Source: Kiritimatiellia bacterium (GTDB lineage: Bacteria; Verrucomicrobiota; Kiritimatiellia; JAAZAB01). Taken from it: 64,000 nt of DNA. Position numbers and translations under genes: made by a program. The notes under the pieces were generated by a model. That model was not told where the DNA came from. It did not search any database and saw only the letters and a list, made by a program, of their open reading frames with translations. Shown piece after piece: positions 1-7,600 of this stretch. The stretch lies in NCBI GenBank assembly GCA_041653875.1, contig JBAZEM010000003.1:34587-98586 (forward strand). The letters run 5' to 3'. Positions within the stretch are counted from its first letter, which is position 1; each line of letters opens with the position of its first letter.

Positions 1-1661
1 GTCAGGCCGGCGACACGAATTGGAACGCGGCGCCGGACGTGATCGACACATTCAACGTGAGCAAAATCGCGGCATCCGTGTTCCTGGGCAATCTGACGCA
101 GACATATGACGGCACGGCCAAATCGGTGACAGTGACGACGGCACCGACAGGTTTGACGGTCGTGGTGACGTACGACGGGAATGCCTGGGCACCGACGAAT
201 GCGGGCACATACGCGGTATCCGCGGTGGTGAATGAAACGCTGTATGAGGGCGCGACAAACGGAACGCTGACCATTATTGCCAATGCGCCGCCGGCGCCGA
301 CCGGCCTGACCGCGAGCAAGGGCACATATACGGACAGGGTGGCGTTGTCATGGACAGCGGTTTCGGGCGCCGCGGGATACGAAGTTTGGCGCAGTGCGTC
401 GTCCGATACGAACACGGCTGTCAAAATTTCGAATCCGGACGTTGCCGGGACAAGTTATGACGATACGAGCGCGACGAACGCGGTGCTTCACACCTATTGG
501 GTGAAGACCAAGCGGGCGGACGGCGTGGCCAGCGCCTTCAGCGCGCCGGACACGGGCTGGCGCGGTCTTCTTTCGCCGGTGGTGAGCGTCATCCGGGGGT
601 TGCAGCGCGAAGTGCGTGTGGCGTGGAGCGCGTCGGCGGGCGCCACGAGTTATGAGTTGTGGAAAAACACGATCGACGACAGCAGCAGCGCGGAATTGCT
701 GGCCGGCGGTTCGGTGACGTTGTATCGCGATATGGCGGTGTTGCCTGGGACCAACTACTTTTATTGGGTGAAGGCCCTGTGCGCCTTGGGCGACAGCGGT
801 TTTGGGGCTTCGAGTGAAGGATGGTGCGGCGCCTCCAAGTGGGACTTCAATGGAGACGGCCGGGCCGAACCGTGGTATTACAACGAGGCGGGCGGGCGTT
901 GGTATGCGATGATGACGACCAATGCTCTGAGCACGGCCGAACAGGGCGGACCGGGTTGGGATGCCGTGCCGGCGGATTATGACGGGGACGGCAAGATGGA
1001 TCTGACGGTGTATAACCGCGGGGACGGCGCATGGCAGGTGCTGAAGTCCGGGAGCGGATACGAGCCGGCAACGATCACGGACTTCGGCGGCGCCGGTTTC
1101 ACGACGGCCGTTGGGGACTACGATGGCGACGGGAAAGCCGATCCGGCGATCTACGCGCAAGTTTCCGGAACGTGGCAAATAGCGATGTCGGCCAATGAGT
1201 ATCGATTGCAGGAGGCTTCGGGATTTGGCGCGCCGGGATATCGGGCCGTGCCGGCCGATTACGACGGGGACGGCAGGACCGATCCGGCGGTGTATGAGGA
1301 GGTTTCCGGCGATTGGGTGATTTCGCTTTCCGGGAGCGGCTATCAAGTCCGTTATGTGCCGCATTTCGGGCAGAGCGGGTTCGCGCCGGTCCCCGGCGAT
1401 TACGAAGGGCGGGGCTATGCGCAGATCGCGGTATATCAAGAGTTGTCCGGGAACTGGATTATCAGAACGGGGTCCGGGCCGGGGGAATACACCATTATTT
1501 ACTTCGGCCATCCGGGGTACGCGCCGATACCGGCGGACTATGACGGCGACCGCTACGATGACGAAGCCGTGTTTTTCCGCGATCGCCATAATGCGATCTG
1601 GTATCTCTTGATGTCCACGGAAGGATTAAAGATAGTTTCCGGGCGTGGCAGCCGTCCATGA
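1..1661 (+). CDS. 5'-truncated secreted repeat protein (MBG-like + Fn3-like modules + FG-GAP/VCBS beta-propeller repeats)
   Basis: Frame 3 is open from the window edge, so the listed Met at 39 is probably internal. MBG-like module LTQTYDGTAKSVTVTTAP...NAGTYAVSA. Fn3-like modules (LTASKGTYTDRVALSWTAVSGAAGYEVWRS; VRVAWSASAGATSYELWKN). About six FG-GAP-type repeats (DYDGDGKMDLTVY, DYDGDGKADPAIY, DYDGDGRTDPAVY, DYEGRGYAQIAVY). Confidence 0.8.
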   Translation, partial: QAGDTNWNAAPDVIDTFNVSKIAASVFLGNLTQTYDGTAKSVTVTTAPTGLTVVVTYDGNAWAPTNAGTYAVSAVVNETLYEGATNGTLTIIANAPPAPTGLTASKGTYTDRVALSWTAVSGAAGYEVWRSASSDTNTAVKISNPDVAGTSYDDTSATNAVLHTYWVKTKRADGVASAFSAPDTGWRGLLSPVVSVIRGLQREVRVAWSASAGATSYELWKNTIDDSSSAELLAGGSVTLYRDMAVLPGTNYFYWVKALCALGDSGFGASSEGWCGASKWDFNGDGRAEPWYYNEAGGRWYAMMTTNALSTAEQGGPGWDAVPADYDGDGKMDLTVYNRGDGAWQVLKSGSGYEPATITDFGGAGFTTAVGDYDGDGKADPAIYAQVSGTWQIAMSANEYRLQEASGFGAPGYRAVPADYDGDGRTDPAVYEEVSGDWVISLSGSGYQVRYVPHFGQSGFAPVPGDYEGRGYAQIAVYQELSGNWIIRTGSGPGEYTIIYFGHPGYAPIPADYDGDRYDDEAVFFRDRHNAIWYLLMSTEGLKIVSGRGSRP

Positions 1662-1744
1662 TAATAATAGATGTGATTTCACCGGCGTTCCATAGGGAGG
1701 TCGATTTTCTTGGGTTACGGGAACAGTTTGGATTATAATATCGA

Positions 1745-1969
1745 AACAACTCAGGTAGTCAGGAGTCAGAATTCAGGATACAGAATAAAATACGTAAGAA
1801 TCGGAAGAACGCGACAGACATTTCGCCAAGGCCTTGTGTTTAGCGCCGATTATCTTCGTATTCGCTTGGCCTATACGGGTTCTTTATTCTGACTACCTGC
1901 CCGCAGTGCTGTGCACAGCGTTGCAGGCGGGCTGACTCCTGACTTCTGAATTCTGGCTGAGCAGTTACA
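1745..1969 (+). repeat. Copy 1 of a ~225-bp highly structured intergenic element (second copy at 37414-37637)
   Basis: Near-identical to 37414-37637, differing by a handful of substitutions plus small indels near both ends (by eye). Nested inverted repeats: ggtagtcag...agaataa / ttattctgactacc; tcaggagtcagaattcagg / cctgaattctgactcctga; internal hairpin gcccgcagtgctgtgcacagcgttgcaggcgggc. Ends 8 nt before ATG 1978. Confidence 0.85.
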
Positions 1970-1977
1970 TAATATCT

Positions 1978-3357
1978 ATGAAACCATCTATCATCGCAAT
2001 TATCGGTATCAGTCTGGCATTGGCATTTGCGCCGTTCGCCGTGGCGCAGGATGCTGCGCTGGATGCGCAGGCCCGGCAAGATATAGCGAAGAGGGCGGAT
2101 GCGGCCAAGCGCCTTGCGGATGACAAGGCTAAGGCGCTGGCCGAACAGCAAAAGAGGAGCGCCGAGCAAAAAACGGACCTCGAAGCCCGGCCTGGAATGG
2201 CGGCGCCTCAGGCGGACCAGCCGGTGAGTGCGGCGAAGGTGGGAGGCGCGAGACCGGTTCCCGTGACGCAAAATGATCTTGAAAAAGACAAGTGGCGGGT
2301 GGCGGCGGGGGCGCTGTATCGGCGGATCGGCGTCCAGAGCTTTCGGACGATGGGGTCTTATTCCGCCGCTTATCCGATCGGGGCCAAATCGAGCAACGAT
2401 CGCTGGACCGGACCGGCGGGCGGACTGAACGATGCGGGCAACCGTGTTTACGATGACGGCTATGTGAAATTCGACAACTTTAGCGATTTGGATGGCGGAA
2501 CATGGAACTGGGGATACGACCGCGGCCGCCAGGTGAAGGGCAACCAGATCGAATTCACGGGCGTGGACCGGGTCTGGCGCGAAGCCAGCCGTCAAACGGT
2601 CCTGACGGATGCGGAAAGCGGCGACGATGCGGCCGGCAGAGGGGGCTTGATGCTTGAGGTCGAGCGCTCCATGGCCAAGGCCGGATTTGTGGATTATGGA
2701 TTGAGTCTGGGTCTGTCGCGGGCGCAAACATTCGAGGCCTCGGCGTATGGAATGAATACGTTCAACGACAATCAGGCCTGGGCAACGTATAATTCGCGCG
2801 TTTCGGACTCCTACAATATTTCCGGGTTGGGGATCACGCCCGATAGTGTGCCCTATAAAGGCAACGCCAACGACAAGGGCCCGGTGATCGATTCGACGCC
2901 GATGAGCCGAAAGAGTTTGGGCAGCGAACTGGTGTCGGCGGGATCGTATCGGGCGTATAACTCGGTGTCGGAATCGCTGGACATGGATTTATCGACGCTC
3001 TCGCTGGGAGTGAGCGTCAAGGGAAATTACCGGCGGGTGTATGTGGTGGGATCCACGGGGCCGACGCTGAACATGGTCGAAAAGGACGCGTCCTACGAGG
3101 AGACGCTCTATGAGTCGCGCAACGGGGGAGCGCCGCAGGTGTTGAAGGCCTGGGGCGACACCTCGAGCGGGACCGAATGTCTCTTCGGTTACTACGTGCA
3201 GGCGGAGGTGGGTGTGCGGATATACCGGGAACTGCACCTGGGCATATTTGGGCGCTACGACTGGCTGGAGAACGTGTCGGGGAGCGTGGGGCCCTCCCGC
3301 TACGAAGTCAATCCCTCGGGCGGCTCGTTGGGCGGCACCGTGGGTATTGATTTCTAA
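1978..3357 (+). CDS. Putative outer-membrane beta-barrel protein (hypothetical)
   Basis: Signal peptide MKPSIIAIIGISLALAFAPFAVAQ, then a charged coiled segment and a Gly/Ser/Tyr-rich beta-type sequence. C-terminal ...GGTVGIDF ends in Phe, as in OMPs. Confidence 0.7.
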   Translation: MKPSIIAIIGISLALAFAPFAVAQDAALDAQARQDIAKRADAAKRLADDKAKALAEQQKRSAEQKTDLEARPGMAAPQADQPVSAAKVGGARPVPVTQNDLEKDKWRVAAGALYRRIGVQSFRTMGSYSAAYPIGAKSSNDRWTGPAGGLNDAGNRVYDDGYVKFDNFSDLDGGTWNWGYDRGRQVKGNQIEFTGVDRVWREASRQTVLTDAESGDDAAGRGGLMLEVERSMAKAGFVDYGLSLGLSRAQTFEASAYGMNTFNDNQAWATYNSRVSDSYNISGLGITPDSVPYKGNANDKGPVIDSTPMSRKSLGSELVSAGSYRAYNSVSESLDMDLSTLSLGVSVKGNYRRVYVVGSTGPTLNMVEKDASYEETLYESRNGGAPQVLKAWGDTSSGTECLFGYYVQAEVGVRIYRELHLGIFGRYDWLENVSGSVGPSRYEVNPSGGSLGGTVGIDF

Positions 3358-3372
3358 CGCGGCGTAGGGATT

Positions 3373-3402
3373 TCCGCCTTTGGCGGATCCGCCTCCGGCG
3401 GA
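3373..3402. repeat. Family D mini-palindrome: tandem (tccgcc-N3-ggcgga)x2
   Basis: tccgcctttggcggatccgcctccggcgga. The same architecture recurs at 6582-6611, 7062-7091 (degenerate) and 30366-30387. Confidence 0.65.
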
Positions 3403-3410
3403 CAATCCAA

Positions 3411-3512
3411 TGTAGAGCCGGTTTTATACCGGCTATCCCATGCCGAAGATAGCCGACGTAAAGTCGGCTCTACATAAAAAAGGCGCCCCGCTTTGCGGGG
3501 CCTAACTTAATG
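3411..3512. repeat. Composite REP/BIME-like element (family A hairpin pair + family B GC hairpin)
   Basis: tgtagagccggttttataccggctat ... atagccgacgtaaagtcggctctaca, followed by ggcgccccgctttgcggggcc. Related composites at 8342-8481 and 35193-35250. Confidence 0.75.
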
Positions 3513-3549
3513 CACAGGAAATTTTCGTCTTTGGCGGCTTAATTCGCGT

Positions 3550-4413
3550 ATGAGTTTATTACTGGCCGATAAGTGGACCGATTACCAACTGCTGGATGGC
3601 GGCGACGGTATGAAGCAGGAGCGCTGGGGCGATGTCGTTGTGGTGCGCCCGGACCCGCAGATCATCTGGCCGCGGCCTTCCCGATCCCCCTGGAGCGGCT
3701 ACGATGCCATCTATCGCCGCAGTGAACAGGGCGGCGGGCGCTGGGAATTCAAAAGAGCCATGCCGGCCTCCTGGACCGTTCGCTATCGCCATCTGACGTT
3801 CAATATCCGGCCGACGGGGTTCAAGCATCTTGGGCTTTTTCCGGAACAAGCCGTCAACTGGGATTGGCTGGCTGAAAAAATCAAAGGACGCAAAACGCCG
3901 GTGGCCTTGTTGAACCTGTTCGGCTACACGGGCGGCGCAACGGTGGCGGCCGCCGCCGCGGGCGCCGGAGTTTGCCATGTGGATGCCGCCGCCGGCATGG
4001 TGGATTGGTGCCGCGAAAACGCGGCCTTAAACGGACTGGCCGGGCATCCCATCCGCTATATCGTGGACGATTGCCTGGCTTTCGTGAAAAGGGAAATCCG
4101 GCGGGAAAAGCGCTACGATGCGCTGGTCATGGATCCGCCCTCTTTCGGGCGCGGCCGCCGCGGCGAAGTCTGGAAACTGGAAGACCAGTTGTGGGAGCTT
4201 TTATCGGAAACGCGCAAGTTGTTGTCCGAACATCCGCTTTTCTTCCTGCTGAACTGTTACACGACCAATGTCTCGGCGCTTGTGATGGCCAATATGCTCT
4301 CCGACATCCTGGCCGGACTGCACGGCCGGATTACCTGCGGCGAACTGGGTTTGCCTTTCCAGGAAAGCTCCAAAATCCTGCCCTGCGGAATCTACGCGCG
4401 CTGGGAAGCATAA
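3550..4413 (+). CDS. Class I SAM-dependent (rRNA) methyltransferase, RlmI/RlmK-like
   Basis: SAM-binding region LNLFGYTGGATVAAAAAGAGVCHVDAAAGMVDWCRENAALNGL. Catalytic-type motif YDALVMDPPSFGRG. Confidence 0.85.
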   Translation: MSLLLADKWTDYQLLDGGDGMKQERWGDVVVVRPDPQIIWPRPSRSPWSGYDAIYRRSEQGGGRWEFKRAMPASWTVRYRHLTFNIRPTGFKHLGLFPEQAVNWDWLAEKIKGRKTPVALLNLFGYTGGATVAAAAAGAGVCHVDAAAGMVDWCRENAALNGLAGHPIRYIVDDCLAFVKREIRREKRYDALVMDPPSFGRGRRGEVWKLEDQLWELLSETRKLLSEHPLFFLLNCYTTNVSALVMANMLSDILAGLHGRITCGELGLPFQESSKILPCGIYARWEA

Positions 4414-4422
4414 GAAATTCAG

Positions 4423-4625
4423 TGATTTAGCGATTCAGCGATTCAGCGATTGAAGCAAGGAGTCGGATCTTAAATCGCTCAATCTCTAAATCGCTTAATC
4501 ATAAATTGTTTATTCGCAAACACTTGTGTTTCCATCTGCGCTTCGAGTTGCTGGGGAGCGATTAAGCGATTCAATGATTGAAGAAAAAAGTGCTTAAATC
4601 GCTCAATCTCTAAATCGCTTAATCA
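4423..4625. terminator. Two tandem long imperfect hairpins between convergent genes (probable bidirectional terminators)
   Basis: tgatttagcgattcagcgattcagcgattgaag pairs with cttaaatcgctcaatctctaaatcgcttaatca (4469-4501). gagcgattaagcgattcaatgattgaag pairs with an exact 33-nt second copy at 4593-4625. The last copy overlaps the addA stop codon. Confidence 0.5.
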
Positions 4626-7600
4626 CTTAATTTCTTCAGCGCGTGGCAAAGCGGTGAAAAACAATACCGTTCGAATGCGCGCCGGCGGCATGCTCAGCGC
4701 CTTGGCGGTCATTTCCCGGTACGCGCCAAGCTGCGGACGGTAGCGCTCGATCTCCGACGTCAACCAGGCATCGTAATCTTGGATGGGCCGGCCGGTCTTG
4801 AAATCCACCAGGACAATATCATGGGCGGTTTTCAAGACCAGATCGATGCGACCGACACGGATAACGTTTTTATCGAAACGATCCTCGAGCGCCCATTCGG
4901 GGATCGTTTCGCGCGCGGCCGCGCGTAATGCGGTCAAGGCCGGAAATTCCCAGGCCCGCCGGCATTCGTCCAAAATTTCCTGCGCCAGCGCGCGACATTG
5001 CGCGTGAGCCAGGCCTTCGCCGGCGAGCGCCGCGGCCACCGCCGGCGGTTGCGGCATGGGTGCCTTCCGCGCCAATGTCTCGAAGATCCGATGCATGACC
5101 ACGCCCCGCGCCCTGGCATGGGGGTCGGACTCGTCGGCGCCGGAGCGCGCGGCGGCGGCGGTCTCATCCTCTATTTTCGACGGGCTCCGAATCAGATAGG
5201 GCAGGGGTTCCGGATCGAACGGCGCCGGGGCGGGTGGGAGCTTTTGGGGCTCGATGAAAGGCGCTCCGGTATGGTTCGAAACGGGGGAACCGTCTAATGT
5301 GTCATTCCGAGGAGCGTAGCGACGAGGAATCTCAGGCATCTGGTGACCGTCGGATTGAGATTCCTCGCTTCGTTCGGAATGACATGGCTCACGGGCGCCC
5401 GTTTGGGCCGGTTGCGGATTTTGAAGCGTTCGCACCGGCAAGCCCTCGAACACCCCTTCCCGGCTCATGGCGTCGAACCAGGCGATCGCCGCAGTTCTCG
5501 CCTGGGATTCTTGCGCTCCGTTGGTTTTGGGCATCAGGCCGCTCAAGGTGAGCGTCTCGCGGGCGCGCGTCGCCGCAACGTAAATCAGGCGTTTATATTC
5601 GGCCGCGTTTCGCCGAAATCCCAAATCGCTCAGGAGGAGCTGCGCCAGCGACCGGACATCCGTTCGCCGGTCCCCGGCGGCGGCGGCCAGAAATGACGGA
5701 GGACAGACAACGGACGGCGGACAACGGACGACAGGCAACGGATGACGGCCTTGCGGCAGGCGTTCCATCAGGAAGGCGGAGTCCGGCTCACGGTGCGCGG
5801 TCCGGCCGCCGGGGGCGCGGTCGAGTCCGACCACGAAGACATGGTCGAATTCCAGGCCTTTGGCCTTGTGAATGGTCATGATGGCTATGGGCGAAAATGC
5901 GGCGCGCGGATCGGGCGGCGTATAGGCGCGTTCCAGCCGCCGTTCAAAGGCGTCGAGCGTCTCCTCGCCGCGGCCTGCTGGGCATTGCGCAAGCAAATCG
6001 AGGCACCGCATGCTGTTGGCCAGTCCGGCCGGACCGTACATCCGCGCCACGGCGGCGGGTCCGCCAAGTTCCTCCCACAGGCGCTGAAGGCTGATCGCAT
6101 AGCTTTCGCGCCCGAAATCGGGCCGGATTTTGTCCAACGCGGCATTAAAACTCGAAAGCTCCGGATGGAGTTGACGGCCCGGTCCGCTGATTTTTTCGCC
6201 CCACCGCGCCGGCGCCGGCATCCCGGCCAGCTTTTCCAGCATCGCACCGGGAAGGCGGCGCCAGGGCGCCCGCAGCGCCCCGGCCCAGGCGACGTCGTCA
6301 TGCGGACGCAAGAGCGCCTTGAACAGGTTCAAGAGGTGGCGCACCTCGGGGCAATCCGGCATCGGCACGCCTTCCATCAACCGGATGGGCAGGGAGAGCG
6401 CTTCCATGGCCCTGACATAGGGCGTCAGGTGGGTGCGGGCTGGAATCAAAATCGCGACGCTGGCGGCGCGATCGGCCCGGTGCAACTCGGCCACACGGCC
6501 GGCCACGTAACGGGCCTCCTGTTCGCGCGCCTCGCCTGCCGGCGGCAGGGTCGTTTGGAAACTGTTGGCATGGCGGCAATTTCCGCCTGCGGCGGATCCG
6601 CCTTCGGCGGAAAACAAGGCCAGTGTAATCGGCATGGCCGCCGCGGCGCCGTCGCGGGCGGGTTCCGATGCGTTAAACGACACTTCGTCGAACGCCGCCT
6701 GCGGCGATCGCATAATGCGCGCAAATGCGGTGTTGGCGAATGCCACCAGGTGCGGACGCGATCGGAAGTTGGCGTTGAGCTGCAAGGCTTTCAGCGGCAA
6801 GGGCGCTTCGGCGCTGCGCTCCAGCCCGTTGGCCTGGAGCGCCTCGAAAAGGCTGACCTCGGCCCGGCGGAACCGGAAAATGGATTGCTTGGGATCGCCA
6901 ACGATGAATACGGTGCGCCCATCGTCCGGCGCCCAGCCCTCGGTCAGCGTGCTGAGAATACGGACCTGATTGTCGTTCATGTCCTGCGCCTCGTCCACGA
7001 GAATATGCCGCAGATGCTCGTGGAAGAAAATCAAACTGTCGCTTGGGCAACCCCTCTGGTTTCCACCGGCGGCGGGTCCGCCTGTGGCGGAGAAGGCCCG
7101 CAGGGCCGCCAGTTCCAGCTCCATAAAGTCCAGGCCGCGCGCGCTCATCAGCCTGCCGAAGCGTTCCAGCGCGCCCTGGGCCAGGCGCAGGCAGTCGCTT
7201 AACGCCTCGAAGCCGCCGGCGGCGCCGGTCTCTTGCCCGTCGGCTTGCCTTGGCGTCGGAGGCGCCTGCCACTCCCGCGTGAAATTTAGAATCCGGGCAA
7301 TTTCCGGCGGGAGATTGCGGATAAAATCGGCTTGGGGTGTCTTGGCGAAGTTTTGGCCGAACTCCGCGCTCTTGAATTGTTTGCGGGGCGCGCCGGACTT
7401 GACCAGAAAAACATCGGCGGCCGCTTGCCAGGCCGATACGGCGCGCAAGGTCGTTCCGGGTATCTCCTCTGACAGGGGTGTGCGTTCATCCAAATAGCGC
7501 TTCACCGCCAACCAGCTTTCTTTATGCCGGGCAAAATAATCGCGGAGCATTCCCAGGTAATGTCCGGCCAACTGTTCTGTGCGGCGCTCCAGTTCGTCTT

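Noticed and set aside
1710-1892. 60-aa ORF inside the 225-bp repeat.
   Set aside because: The region is better explained by the nested inverted repeats. The second copy does not preserve an equivalent ORF on the track.
4421-4625. CRISPR array, considered for this region and for the other word repeats (15304-15407, 45588-45668).
   Set aside because: The repeats are inverted, irregularly spaced, low-complexity and only two to a few units long. There are no unique spacers of constant length and no cas genes.
5742-7202. 486-aa ORF on the plus strand, plus many smaller ORFs between 4783 and 8345.
   Set aside because: All are antisense or out of frame relative to addA, and none has motif support.
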